Below are positions 1-13,886 of a stretch of 64,000 nucleotides of DNA, in pieces (within the stretch, counting starts at the first letter, position 1; the number at the start of each line of letters is the position of its first letter). The stretch is from Spizellomyces punctatus DAOM BR117 (Eukaryota). Position numbers and translations under genes: made by a program. A model generated the notes under the pieces. That model had not been told where the DNA came from. It was given only the letters and a program-made list of their open reading frames with translations, and ran no database searches. The stretch lies in NCBI GenBank assembly GCA_000182565.2, contig KQ257465.1; one strand, given 5' to 3'.

Positions 1-750
1 CGCAATGGACGGCAACGTAACGACCAGAAAACGGTTCAACTCGCAGGTTGGCCTTCTTTCTCTTACCGAGCGCAGTTGCCCAACAGAAAAAAAGAGAAAA
101 CGGTCAATGGGGTATTGCAATAGAATTTCTCTATTAATCAGGAGGGGTTGTAGTTGTTTCATCTTTACCAACGAACCAAGGCGTCGGTTTTCTTATGAGC
201 TATGACGCAATGCTCATCTTTATGAATCAATGTGTACCCATAGTGGATATTGGGGGTGTTTGAGCCGCAATGCAAGGGGTGTGGCGCTCTAAAAGAATTA
301 AGGTTGTATAACCCTGCAACAATCGGCGTTTTCGGTCTGCGGGAATATCTTGCCAAATTTTCCCCTCAATTTCCAATTTTCCAACCGGTTGGAGTGAGAA
401 GATGTAACAAGATTCTTTTGGGTTTAAGGGGGGGAGGGCTTTTGCGGCAGCTTCTAATTTTCTTTTTCCAGGCGATACACCAAATATCATACTTTGAAAC
501 AGCTTCTGTACTCCCCCCTCCTGAACCCTTGCGTCTCGTTGGATGCTATGAGACTAAGCTTCTATGAGAGGTAGAGGGAAGGCCATGCCCCCCTTTTCTC
601 TTTAGATGGGCCAGGGCTTGCAAGTTGCATTTTTCAACCGCCGACCCGTCGTACTCTCTCATCGTTTTTACTCTCGGCCTGCTGTTCTACCTCTAACAAT
701 CCTTCCTGCAACACCAACGGTGAACGTAAAGTTAAAATAGAAAACTAGAA

Positions 751-1244
751 ATGGGTCAAAAATGGCAGCCTTCAGCGGGCGTGTGGGCTACCTATCAAGC
801 ACTTTCTTGCGCATTCAGTGAGTAGGACGTTCTTGTCGTGCCCGTCGCTTTTGTCGGTTTCTGCTTGTTCCTAACATCCCTGTTACAATAGTCATGTTTG
901 ATGGTGGAGTCTATTCCATGATCTATCCTTACCCGACGTTCCTGTTTTTCGTCAACAGTCCTATTCCCAAAGGCTTCATCCAACCCTTCAGTTATCCCGG
1001 CTTGATTGCGCTCATCAGCGTCCCTATCATAGTCGCCATCGAAACAAACTGCTGCAGTGCTGCGAGAAACATCAACGAGATGCTCTCCTACGTTCCCAAA
1101 GCCATCTTGTATCTGGTGCTTGCCTTGATTACGGTTACCCAACTGACGCTGGTCCCTGCCGCGACGTTTTTGCTCATGACGAGTGTTACGCTCCTGGTCG
1201 CTGCCTTCACTCCTGAACCCGCACAGACTACCATGCCCAGGTAG
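751..1244 (+). CDS. p22phox/CYBA-like NADPH oxidase small membrane subunit (2 exons: 751-817, 892-1244; ~139 aa)
   Basis: A GTGAGT..CTAAC..TAG intron (818-891) joins MGQKWQPSAGVWATYQALSCAF in frame to IMFDGG.. The product resembles p22phox motifs (WANEQAL..GG; YYVRAVLHL vs YVPKAILYL; YLLAAV vs LLVAAF) and has several hydrophobic helices. Confidence 0.65.
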
Positions 1245-2672
1245 TGGAGAGAAGCGTGACGCTTACACAACCTGCCGGACAGGGTTTATTTTTCGGTATT
1301 GGAATCATAAAGAAGGACACATATCTATCATTTCTGTTCATGTTTTTTGTCTCTTGTGTATGTTTGTAGAATGTGTGGGACGCATAGGGTTGGATAAATC
1401 TGCGCTGTGAATGGGAATCTTGACAGCAGCGACTTTCACACTTGGCCATGTTTGCTTTTGGATTGATGTAAATTTGTATATAGAACTTTACAAAAACATG
1501 CGTAGTGGAATGGGAAACATTCATCTTTTGAAGTGGCCTTCTTTTACGTATATGTGTATCTCTTGGGCATGCACTGTCCAATACGGACAACATTTCAAAC
1601 ACGATAGTACTTTAAAGACGCGTAAAACCCGACACAAAGGTATGGCGAGAGACAACCTCGTTGGCGTCCGTTGGCGTCTGTTGGCGGCGGATGGGCTCGT
1701 CTCAGGGTCCATTTCCCTCCTCCTCTTTCTGTCTTCCTTCCATCCGCAAATCCCTTGATACTTGACCATGAATGGATACTCTTGGGTGGTGGATCATGGA
1801 TGTGATGGGTAAAAGGATCAAGAAAAGTTTTGTTACACTCAAATTTTTCAACATTAAAACATTTATTCCCTTGTGCAAGCCACGAACGAGTCTTATAAGA
1901 CACGATTTTTAGTCATCAAGCCGAATTGTATACTAAAGTTAGCACATGGATAGTGTGTTGGCTGGAGCCATTGAACTTTACCCGATGAGACATACCGGGT
2001 ATTGGGCAATAAATATCCGCTAGGCTTTACTCGGGTAATTACGTCCAAGCTTTCGTTGTATTGTTCTTTGCGGAATCACTTTTGTCACCGACACTTTTGA
2101 GAGTGGGTTTGATTGACTGGATCTGCTGTTGAGTTACTAGGGGATGGTCACGGTGCTTGGGATCGATCAATTGAGGACGAATGATATCGACATTGTCGGC
2201 ATTGACAGAGACGAGGATGTGCAGGCAGCCTGACAAAATAGGCATGATGTGATGATCGTGAAACCAGCAAGAGAATTATCTTTTTTTTGGTACTTTGAGT
2301 CTATTATTATTTCCCATACAAAAAATGTGCAATATCGCTGTGGATCGCGCATGAAATTGTCATTCATATTCGCGCATACTGATCTGAGGATTAACACCCA
2401 CAATAATTACATTCCAAGTCTGTGTATTGGGTTACATCACAGATATACCGAGAAATCAGTGGTTTGAAGCAAACGCTTTTTACAAATACTAGATATACAT
2501 CGTGCAAGAGAGCAAAAACAGTGCGTGGTCCACCCCAATACAGACAACTATCCACAAGTCCCAAAACACGCAAAGTATCTCTGGACAAGGCCCAGTTGTC
2601 CCCAATCCCTCCTATATACAAAGACACAAAGCGAGAGAAAATACAAGGAACATTCATCTACATGTGGGCCGT

Positions 2673-4303
2673 CTAGAAATGTTCTTTTCTAAATTCAAAT
2701 TCAACACCGCCTCCGCTCTGGCTACCACATGCCTTCTTCAAGACATGAGCAAGACCTGTCGGTCCACAGTAGAACACACCAACCTGTGTAGTGCCTCCGC
2801 TGGCAGTCACTTCGCGTTCGATGCCGGCTCGAACACCACCAAAGATCCTCGGCCATTCGGGTCGTCCAAAGTGGGTCTTGTTCCGCAGTTCAGTGAGGGG
2901 ATCGTAGTTGGAGTCTGGATCGTTGAGGACAACATTCTGGATATCGTCGACCGAAAGCTTGCCCGTCAGGTAGACGTGAATCTCCAAAAACGAGGTAGGA
3001 ACAGATTGTTCGAGAGTGGACAAGAGAGACTGGAACCAAGAAAAGGATTCCTTCTCGCGAGATGTCCAGAAAAAGTATACTTTGCGGAGCCTCATGGGGG
3101 CCTTGCGGTAGTATTTGTACCAGACGCTCTTCAACAGAGATGCAGCAGGTGTGACACCAATACCAGCAGAAACGAGGACTGCCACTTCGTAGTTGTAGAA
3201 ATCTTCAGCGGGGGCACCGAAAGGTCCGTCGACACGAATGGTTGGGAGTTTCACACCAGGCTTTGAGGGACTGTCCGCAGAGGTATTGTAACATCCCAAC
3301 ATTTTGGCTGCCTTCCTTGTCCAGTCACCGACGATACGAATGTGAACAGAAACAAATCCTTCCTCGGGGCACGACGAGATGGTGAAAGGGTGCCACTGGA
3401 GATAAGATACGCTGGGAATGTTGAGGAACAAGTATTGTCCGGGTTTGTACTTGAACGAGGGTTTTTCGAAGCGCAATTCCATCGTATCGCCGGCATGGAA
3501 AACAACCTTTGTCAAGTTTGTTTCCTTACGAGCGCGGTACTCTCTGATGATACGTTCGAGAATGTACAAACTAAAGGCCGGGATCGTGAAGACGTTGGAG
3601 CCGTAGGGTTTGCATTGTTTCGTACTTGCACTCTTGACAAAACATCCGGCGTAGTGGAGGAAGAGACAAATGTAGAACGGGACGAAAAGATGGTGAGAGT
3701 ACCAGAACAGCTCAAACTTTTTCTGCCGAACTTGGATCTTTGCGGCCGAGTACATGATGAACATGATGACCAACATGATGTGACCGGTCACACCTCCGTA
3801 AATCGTGTAATGCAGCTGCCACGGCCTAAAGGGAAGTGCCTTGAATAGCATGAGTTCCACTTTGAAAAAGTTCATATAGTGGGCATTGACGTGAACGAGG
3901 GTGAAGAAGAGCATCGCATACGCGGTGCACTTGTGGAAAAAGATGTTTTGGTCGAAAGGGATGATACGGTTGATTCGGGTGCCACGGATCATACTAATGA
4001 GGTTGCGGCACATTGGAAGAACGAGAAGGGCGCAATCGAGAGCCAAGACTAATCCTGCACCTCGAGACGTCCAGACAGAGCCGCCGATAGAATTGAGGAG
4101 GGCAAGTTCATCATCGAGCTTTTGCTTGCTGTAATATGACAATGGTTAGCCAACATTCTTGCTTCAATACCAACCAACACAAGGTTTACTCACTAGAAGC
4201 CAAAGATCCAAGTGCCAACGTGGAGAATGACCCAAAAGACGTAAAAGCCAAACTTTCTCGCCGTCATGTTGGTAAAGAGACCTTCCTCCGGGCGGCCAGT
4301 CAT
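2673..4303 (-). CDS. NADPH oxidase catalytic subunit (gp91phox/NoxA-like); exons 4303-4194 and 4128-2673
   Basis: Heme histidines (FHK..HVNAH; SHH..LH), FAD motif HPFT, NADPH motifs DGPFG and AGIGVTP, C-terminal FYCGP..FRKEHF. GT-AG intron 4193-4129 restores the frame. Confidence 0.95.
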
Positions 4304-5176
4304 GGTGGGCAAGCTTTACGGGTTCGGTTAATGTACTCGACTGTTCACCCAAACGCTCAACGTTTGTCTATCGATTTGCAGTTTTTTGTTTGTTTGCTCC
4401 TCTCTCTTTCTCTTGCAGGCGGAGTAAGATCGGAAGCAAATGGATGCCGACTGGTGAACTCCCTTCGCGATGTTAACTTTTACAACCACCGCCAAAAACA
4501 CAAACACGACGATGGGGTGGGTAAACGACAAATGTCTAAAATCAAAAGCGGGAAAGAGCGAGACCAAACCCCAACAAGAAGGAAAAACGTATCCAGCTCC
4601 TAAATTTCAATCCTCCTCCCCCTTGCAGCAAGAAGCGAAAAGCATTAAATGTATCACACAACTAAAGGGAGTGAAACACGTGTCTTTATGAACTTTCTCA
4701 ACACATATTGACTCTATGTGTGTGGGGGGGTTTTGTTTCAGGAGATTTTTTTTTTCCCTTCTTTTCCTACTTGTATTACTGCGCAACTTTTACAACATTT
4801 ATAGACACTTGGGAGACGCGCCGCTCCCAATTCAATCCTAAACCCTTTCTCCTCCCATTAATGTACGCCGCACGGGGGTCTTCTGTTGTCTAATGGCCCT
4901 GAAACATTCCATTTGGGGCAATGGGAAAAGCGGCAAGCCGCCCATCAACAATTTTTAACTTTTTGGTGTTGCACACTCTGTCATCCAACTTTTCTCACAT
5001 TCCGCATTGTGGCAGTTTGGGACTGATTGGGTAAGCGTAAATGTAAAACAAGAAACCGTTTTGATGTTGATTGCAGGGAGAGTATTATATCCCCTCTCTG
5101 ACATCTCCCCCCTCGTCGTCGCGCATCCATTATCCTCTGGCAATTCCAAACTCTGCTACGTATCGAAAATATCAGC

Positions 5177-5889
5177 ATGCGCAATACCATTTCCGCTCTC
5201 CTCCTGTTGTTAGCTGTCTCGCTCCCCGCGGCATACACCCAAAATGTCGGAAGAGACAATGGGATCGCAGTTGGACAGTTCCCTGATGCGGCTTTTTGTA
5301 CATCCACCGGTCTGGCGGCTTCAGACGGAACCCAAAACAGGGCTGGTGCCTGCTCTTCCACACCTCAGGGCGCTGTACCCAATGTCAACAGAATGGTTAG
5401 CACGATCATCACCAAACCGAAAAACGCTGAGACGATCGATGCCAAAAAGGAAATGGTCGTCGTAGTGGATATGCGGAATCTGGAGACTGGCTTCTTTGAC
5501 GGTAAATTGGTGTATAAATGGTTCATCAGTCGAGTATTTTATTTATTCAATGATATATTACAGATCCTCAAAAAGACTATTACATGCAACCCCAGACCCT
5601 CAACAATGCTGGCATCATTCAAGGGCATCAACACATTACCATCCAACAAATGGGATCCACCCAACGCGCCTTAGACGCGACCAAATTTGTATTTTTCAAG
5701 GGTCTCAATGATCAAGCAAAGGATGGTCGGTCGTTGAGTGTCGCAGTGCCGCCAGGAACGTTCAAGCAGAATGGACTACATCGAATCTGCTCCATGTCCG
5801 GTACCAATGCCCATCAACCCCCCATCATGCCCGTCGCTCAGCGTGGAGCTCAGGACGATTGTATCAGGATCAACGTTACTGGTGCGTAA
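5177..5889 (+). CDS. Secreted fungal protein of unknown function (2 exons; intron 5502-5563)
   Basis: N-terminal signal peptide; splicing joins ..GFFD to DPQKDYYMQPQ..; C-terminal HQPPIMPVAQRGAQDDC resembles a widespread fungal secreted family. Confidence 0.75.
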
Positions 5890-6215
5890 GCAAATATAGA
5901 TATCGTGTAGATGGTTCTTTTCTTGTATAGTTAGAAAGCTAGAAGTACACACACACAGACAAGAGTAGGTAGTTTTACGTTTTAGGCATTTTCCTATTTC
6001 TGCTTCTAGTTCTTACCTGTAGTTGGAGGGTGGTTTTTCTTCTTGGACATTTTTTTTTTTTCCTTCCATTTCGACTGGCGCACATAATTGCAAAACAAAA
6101 AAGTGTAGAGTGTAAATATACATGTTTGAGTCCTTATTCATTGTCAGCCGTGGAAATTAAAAAAAAAAAATGGAAAACTATAAACAACACGCACACACAT
6201 CCCCGTCATGCAATT

Positions 6216-8127
6216 CTAATGTTTAACTTGGTATGCTTCCCACCCGACCTCTTCCAATTGGTCCACCTTGTGCAATACCTCTCGCTCTTGTTTACGCATG
6301 TATGCTGCCATTTTTTCCAGATACCCACTGACGTGAGACCCAAGAATGCGGACAGCCAACAATGCCGCGTTGGTGGAATTGTTGATTGCCACAGTGGCGA
6401 CGGGCACACCGCGCTGTAAGTTGTCGTATGAGATTCTCGAGTGCATCATCAGTATGACAGAATGCAATGAGTAAACGTACCGGCATTTGGACAATCGACA
6501 AGAGAGAGTCTTGTCCATCCAGGACTCTAAGTGCAACAGGCACGCCAATAACTGGCAACGGCGTCAAAGCCGCAACCATACCAGGCAAATGCGCAGCACC
6601 ACCCGCTGCGGCAATAATAACTCTCAACCCTCGTTCATGCGCTGTCTTTGCATACTCCATCATCCGGAGGGGTGTTCGGTGGGCAGAGACAATGGTCAGT
6701 TCAAATGGTACGCCGAAATCTCGCAAAATCTCGGCGGCTGCCTTGAGAGTCGGCAAATCCGAGTCAGAGCCCATAATAATGCCGACTTGCGGACTCAGTC
6801 CAAATGTCTCGGTTTCGCTACCGGGAACAACAGCAAGAATATCTTTCACGCGGTCCAAAACCTCCACCATTGTCTCGCCGACAACGGTAACATGACCCAT
6901 TTTTCGACCCTTTCGACATTCCTTTTTGCCGTACAAGTGGACTGTCGCACCAGGTAGCCCCATTGCCACCGCGCATGGACGAAGTGTCAGTTCCATCCCT
7001 TCTGGCCCATCGCCGAGTCCGAGAATGTTCACCATAACAGAGGCGGGGACCTTCATTTCAGTGCTGCCCAGAGGCTGCCCTAGAATGCATCGAAGGTGTT
7101 GCTCGAATTGAGAGGTATGACATGCCTCGATGGTGTAGTGGCCAGAGTTATGAGGACGCGGCGCGATTTCGTTCAGTAGGATATCGCCTGAGGTGTCAAA
7201 CTAGCATGTCAGAATAGTGAACCACGCCATTAAGAACCGGGACGGTGAAACGTACCATTTTCCAACAAAAACATCTCCACCCCAAATACCCCTGCTCCAT
7301 TCAGCACCTTTACGGCTCGCTCCGCAACCTCTTTAGCTCGTTTCCCCACCAAACCATCGATCTGCGCTGGAGCCAACACAACATGACAGATATTATCCTT
7401 TTGCACAGTCTCTACACAGGGGTAGCTGGCCACCTCCCCATTCACTCCTCTTGCAACCATGACCGCCAGTTCCTTTGTAAAGGGCACCATTTTCTCCACG
7501 TACAAAGGCGGACCACCTGCATTTTTTCCTCCACCCAATGCTTCCACAGCATCCTCCACATCCGATTCAGATTTAACCACCCTGTTACCTCGCCCATCGT
7601 AGGCAAGCGTTTTGGATTTCAACATAATGGGATAGCCGAACCCGCTTTTCGCTGCAGCCTTGATCTCCTCGACCTCCTTTCCGCCTGCTAAATCCCGAAA
7701 CTCGGGCAACGGCAAACCAGCCTCGCTCAAGACAACCTTTTGCCGACATTTGTCTTGTATGATTCGAATAGTCTCGGGGGAAGGATGCACCGGTATATTG
7801 TACTCCTTTGCGGCCTTATCGAGGGCGTCGCAATCCACATGCTCAATTTCCACAGTGAGGACATTGACCTTTTGGGCTAGGGCAAGAATTTTGTCAGCGG
7901 ATTTGAATGTCCCTTCCACATGGGGTGCTGTAGCTGCGAGTTCTGAAGCGGGGTTGCCTTTCGAGTCAAGGACGGCGACAGTGACGTTGAGGCGGTTGGC
8001 CGCTTCTATAGTCATGCTTTGTCAAGAGTGAGACATGAATGTGGTCGTATAATAAAAATGAGTTTTGGCAAGATACGCACCGACCAAGTTGCCCACCGCC
8101 CAAGATTCCAACAACTTGCTTATCCAT
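6216..8127 (-). CDS. ADE2: Phosphoribosylaminoimidazole carboxylase (PurK-PurE fusion), multi-exon
   Basis: First exon [18 protein letters not shown]-grasp motifs ([21 protein letters not shown]); PurE motifs [33 protein letters not shown]. Confidence 0.97.
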
Positions 8128-9234
8128 TTTCGCAAAACCACCGCAGACTGGAGTTGGTGGGCGAGATCTCTAGCCTGGAGAGATCAATCCTTTTCAACAA
8201 GATGACGTGGCACAGTCATTATAATGTCACCATGGCAAAGTTTATAATGATCAACCTTGCTTGCATTCGCCATGGCACATCAATAGAACTTTGCATCGTT
8301 GGTGAGTCGTTCCGGGTGACATCCTGTCATATCTATCTTGTTCCTCTTCAGGTTCTTCTCCGACTCCCCAGCAGTTTTTATAAATAGATGTACAGAGATG
8401 GAAGTGCAATAATAACTTGGGAGATGGAGAGTAATCTCTCCACTCCAACGAAACGTGGGAATGGGAAGCATGTATGTTCCCAACGAGAGAGTCCAGTGGA
8501 CAAAACCCATACTTCCCGCGAGGGAAAGCTCTTTCAACTGGAAGGCCGATCTTATTCAAATGCCCTTTTCCATACATCCCACTCCAGCGGCACAATCAAC
8601 AATTGCTTAATCCCAAAATCCATGGCCGCCTCGCACTGTATTTTCAACACATATTTGTAAATACCACTATAGCCTTGAGATTGGTAGCAGACCCAGAGGT
8701 GGTTTGGAAATTTGGTCGCGGCATTATTAACGTGTCTGTTATGCATCACTATACCGGTGCAATCGCTGCTGTTTATTGGAGATAGGGCAATACGACCAAC
8801 ACTGCTGGTATTTTTGTGATTGGGACCGGTAATGGCAAGACTCGCTACACAACCAGACATTCGTTTGCTAGACCAGCGGAGGGCCCACCTCCAACAAGCG
8901 GTCTGCACCGTCAAGGACGCACCAGGAGGCTACCCTATCTTGTAAAGGACACCCTCGGCATGCGACTAACCCATCGTGTGTTTGCCACAAAGACGACATC
9001 CTTGAGCAAGTATAAACAGATCTTCTCGTGCTATGTGCAAATACCATATTATTTTCTGATTGCTAAGCCCACAGGGTACCACAATCTCGGGAACCTTGGC
9101 CAGTACCGAATCCGACAACTCGGCTCATCTGTTGAATTTTTCTTTTACAGTGCTTAGTCTACTTACCTTGGTCGACTGTCAACTCGAGTCCTTTCCTCAG
9201 TAAACCCCGCACACCCCACAAACAATCTGCAAAT

Positions 9235-9854
9235 ATGGTCAACCAAATGAACAAAGTCCGCAAAAACTTACCCAAAGAACTCCGTGTCAAGCGACATGCA
9301 TTCAAATCCGCCACCCACAGAAACGCACAAGCCTACGTCAAACAAGCGAATGCTCGTTTAACTGCTGTGGTCGAATCAACCAACGCAGCCGTAGAGGACG
9401 CTGTCGAAACAGGCAACGTCAAGGCAGAGAAAAAGTTGTTGGCGGTGGTACCTGGAAAGATGGGAAAAAACAACTCGATTGTTCACCCAAGGTTATTAAA
9501 TAAGAAAAAGCTGAGAAAGTTGCGGACGGCTGAGAAATATGTAGGTTGCGAGTTGAAGTGAAGGCGATAACAGGCTACGGTATTCATGTTTTCCACTATT
9601 CTTTAAGGCTGCTCAACGAGCTGCGGCGAAAGGCGGGGTTGCCTCCATGGATGTGGAAATGATAGGTTTGTCCACCTTGGTTTAGCAATTTGCATAGCAA
9701 GAATGATGGCCCTTAACCGACTTCACTTTTTTCATCAGACGTTCAACCAAAGGAAGGAGCAGCTGCTCAGACAATAGTACCATCACAACCAGCGGGAATG
9801 GAAGTCATCGGATCAGGAAAAGGGACTACACTCGGTGGACCGCCACCATCGTAA
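9235..9854 (+). CDS. Small basic protein, Alb1-like ribosome biogenesis factor (spliced)
   Basis: Lys/Arg-rich exon ending LNKKKLRKLRTAEKY at a GTAGGT donor; last exon ends GKGTTLGGPPPS*, similar to the Alb1 C-terminus as recalled. Confidence 0.5.
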
Positions 9855-10221
9855 AAGATACCTGCATTCCTGTTCCTGATTTGTTTTTTCTTATAAAACA
9901 TCTTGCTGTAGATAAGCATTTGCTCATCGTATCTAGTTTTTAATATTCATATTGATTGTTTCTTACATCGTCGTAACACATCCCTTTTCTGCCTTGCACC
10001 AACTGGAATTACAACATCTGCATGTCTGCCCGCGATCGGGACAGAATCATAACTTATATTTATTCACTCGTCAAACATCTATAATAATCTTTAAAACCAA
10101 ATGGAACATCACTTACGAAACATCTGCGCTCGCTGTATACAGCGGGATAACAAACCTATTTACAAAAGAAAACGAAAACGAAACCCCCATCATATAATAG
10201 TGCTTGTGCCGAAATTATAAA

Positions 10222-13200
10222 TCATGAGACCTTTCCACTCCCTTTTTGCTTCGTAGAGTCTTGGTCCGTTTTGCTACTACCAGTAGGTGTTCTGACCAGC
10301 TTTTTTCGCCAAGTCAACACGCCGTTATCGGGTTCGCGAAGGTTGAGGACAATGTCGATCATTTCCCGGACGTCTTTTTCTTGAACTGGTTTGGTCAAAA
10401 CACTATGCAGCCAATGAGTACCCTAGTCATGAGCACAAACATAGCAGGGACCCTTACCGATCAATTCCAGCATCATAAAATTCGTCTTGATCTTCTCGCA
10501 TTGCGTTTCCAGTAACGCCACAAGCCCATACCATTATCCCCTTATCTCGAATATGTTGAATGCATTCTACACCTGTCATTATAGGCATTTGGTTGTCCAG
10601 GAAGATCAAATCAAAGGGGGGTCCACCGCCTTCTTCAAAGGAGCTCGTCAACTTCTTTAGAGCGATGCTGCCGTCTTCGGCTGTTTCCACTTTATGGCCG
10701 AGGCGAGAGAGAAGGCGGGACATTAAACGGCGGGTGATTCTGTCATCATCGACCACAAGAAGATTAAGTTTGCGCGTTTCTTCGGGCTTTTCTGGATCTC
10801 TGGGTTCGGCGGTTGCAGGCGGAGAAGCTTTTGTATCGATTGTTGCTGAGGATGGTTCGGGAATCGGTGGCTCGTCTACTCGTCTTATCCTTTCGAGCTC
10901 AATACCCTTCTCTGTCTCCTCGGAACCGGTGATAACAACCACCACATCCTCTCCATTTACCGGAACGCGAACTTCTTCGTGGATGTTTGACGAAGTTTTC
11001 CCTCTATAGGATGTGCCATTTGTCTCAATCTCCTTCCCAGAGTCATCAGAGTACGGCTGCTTGATGTCTATGCCTTCTCCTTCCGAAATCGATCCCATTC
11101 CGGCTAAAGCTGGTAGATATGGCTCAAGTCGCTCCTCCTTATCCACAATCACTCGCACCTTTTTCCATGATTTCGAGTCAGGTTTGGATGCCGATGACAT
11201 CTCAGGATCGTCTACAGATTCGGTGGTGCCGCCAAAGTTTGGAGGTACCAAGGTGGGTATAAAACAACTAAGTTCTTCAACTGGAGTTGACCGATCTTGC
11301 AGTCCCAGTGGTAATTCTACCCAAAACACACTTCCAACGCCAAGTCGACTTTGAACGCCCAACCTTCCACCTGACAGCTTTACAATGTGGCGAACTAACG
11401 CCAAGCCCAGTCCTGTGCCTTTACCCCCTTGTCGTCTACCCTCTTCCGTTTGGACATACGGTGAAAAGAGGCGGTTATCGATCAACTCGCAGCGACGTAT
11501 ACCGACTCCAGTGTCATGCACCTCCATGCCTAACACCACGAGAATCAGTCAGGTTGGAAGTCAGTATACACAATCCGCATTGATCCAACTTACGGATAAT
11601 GGTCACGTTAGGGTTATTTATCGGATCGAGATCCTCGATGTCAATCCGGTGCGATTGCACACTCTCTCCATCATCGCGAATACTAGGGCTTTTATGTGTG
11701 TCGGTGGGAACAGAAAGATGGCCGCCTTCGGTCGGGTATAAGAGCCGCGTCAAGATCTTTACAGTCCCACCCGAGTTGGTGAATTTACACGCATTGGATG
11801 TGAGATTTGACAAAACCTGCCGCAACCGCATCTCGTCGCCTATCACAACCTTGCTCTCGCATAGTTTATCAATGCGCTCATCCAGTTCGGTGACCAAATT
11901 GACGCCACGATTCTCTGCGACAGCACGAGCACTGACAAAGATCGAGCGGACCACTTTGTGAAAATCAAAGGGGTTATGGGTGCAAGCTAGTTTGCCGTCT
12001 TCCATGCGATTGAAGTCTAGGACATCGTTCAGAACTTTGGCCATCATCCCAAGACTTCCGGTGAGAGCGTCAACCATTTCGCGTTGATCTTTATCGCAAG
12101 ACTTGAAAACGCCTTCCCCCGCCAAATTCTGAATGGCTAGCAATGCGGAATTCAACGGTACTCGGACCTCATGAAATATGTATGATACAAATCGCTTTTT
12201 GCTATCGGCTGCCTTGTGCTCGAGATGCTGGGCCCTTTGTGTAGCTCGATATTGAAATTTGAGTTGATCGCGTATAAGGAACATCCGCCGATCAATCTAA
12301 TACAACGACTAAAGTTAAATCATTTCGATACTCTAAGCAGAACTCTTGCTGATCATTGTACGTACACGCTCCTGTGAATGGCTCATAATATTGATGAAGA
12401 TCATAAAGGTGAAATAGACCAAAAGATTCCTGACCCAGGATGCTCGATCAGGTACGATAGTCACGCCCAAGCAAACACAATATCCAAGCGACCCTATCAT
12501 TGCCCACAGCCGGGTTTGTCTCAATGCAAACAGTGCCAGAACGGGATATGCGGCAGCATAATAAAGCGTGGTGAAGAAGTCTTTGTTTCCGCACGCGCCG
12601 CCCCCAAGCCCTCCCGTTTTATCAATGTCAAAGAAGTCGCACAGTTTCATTTCGACTGCAAATACAACGGGCCAACTCCAACATGTAAAGAGCAAAAATA
12701 TTTGCCATGATGCATAGCGATATCGGGGTACATCAAAGACGACCAGTATTGGAATCAAGAGGGAGAAGAAGCCGACAATGCCAATGTATGAGTACATATC
12801 GTAGGTGTTCCAAGGGCGGGGAATCAGGCCGAGAGCAAGTATCCATGATAGTAGAATAAACAAAGCAGCCATCAGAGCCAGTGGTTTGCGCATGTACCAA
12901 TTCTGCATTAGAATGTTATTGATCAGCATAAAACCAAACTTTGCCAAGCAGGACCAGTCACTGATTAACGTGCCTCTTTTTGATAGTGTCTTTCCACACT
13001 TTCGTCATCGAACGATAGATCAAAGTAGTTTTTTATCTTTGGCCACATTCCAAACCGCATCGTTCTCACAAACCACGTTCTGACAGCCCTGGTACTACTT
13101 TGACTGATTTCCGACCACCCGGGATCTGTGTCGTAGTTATCTTCTTGTACCGGTGCTTCCTTTACGCTGCTGGCCATTGAAGACTGTCTACGGCTGCCAG

Positions 13201-13450
13201 TTGTGGATACAGCAGCAGGAAGCAATAGTGAGTCAACAATGATCTCATCAGCAGGTTCTTCGTCCTCGTCCAGCGAGCCGCGGGGTTTATTTGGGTCTCG
13301 CGGAGCGGGGGGTGTGGATTCAGAGGACGTCAAATCGACTAGGTACGACTCGGAAGGCAGGGATGCAGGTAAATGTAATGCCTTGAGTTTTCGCACTATT
13401 TTCCCTAGCCGATCTCTGTATTTGAAATGGATGCCTCTTGAAGGCATCAT
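10222..13450 (-). CDS. Membrane-bound hybrid sensor histidine kinase (TM region, HisKA, HATPase_c, REC), multi-exon
   Basis: H-box YIFHEVRVPLN, N-box RQVLSNLTSNACKFT, G-boxes DTGVGI and GTGLGL, receiver LVVDDD..FLDNQMP..LTKP; hydrophobic exon 12333-12947. Confidence 0.93.
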
Positions 13451-13722
13451 TGTTGGTAAAAGGAGGAGTGGACAAACACCGTGGTTATGAAGACCAAAGG
13501 CCAGAGCGCGAACAAAGGGACGCAGCACGGGAAAACCCTTGACTCTGCCAACCCTGACCCTCGGCTACGCGCCCTTGTGTGAAAGGATAGAGTTCAAAAC
13601 ACCTTTTGCAGTGTTCAAAGATTTAATGGACGTTCTATCACATGACCCGATCAAGGACCCAATCCGTCCGATCGGTAACTGAATTTGATGGAAAAGGTAA
13701 TCCATAACTCCGACTTTTTTTA

Positions 13723-13755
13723 TAGTGCGGAGCCGATTGGTATTGGCACTAGTAC
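13723..13755 (+). repeat. Fanzor element left TIR
   Basis: TAGTGCGGAGCCGATTGGTATTGGCACTAGTAC matches the reverse complement of 44837-44869 at 31/33 positions. Confidence 0.95.
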
Positions 13756-13886
13756 ATAGATTCCAACCAATTTAATCATAATTTTACTCGATTTAGACTC
13801 ATGAACTATGGTTTGATCCAAAAAATCCTATATAAGTTGTCGTCGCCCATTTTCCCAGGCTTTCATCTTTTCCCACAGATATCATC

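Noticed and set aside
1245-2660. Short ORFs between the p22phox-like and Nox genes, plus those at 1-750, 8200-9200 and 48200-49400
   Set aside because: No recognisable motifs or consistent exon structure; probably non-coding.
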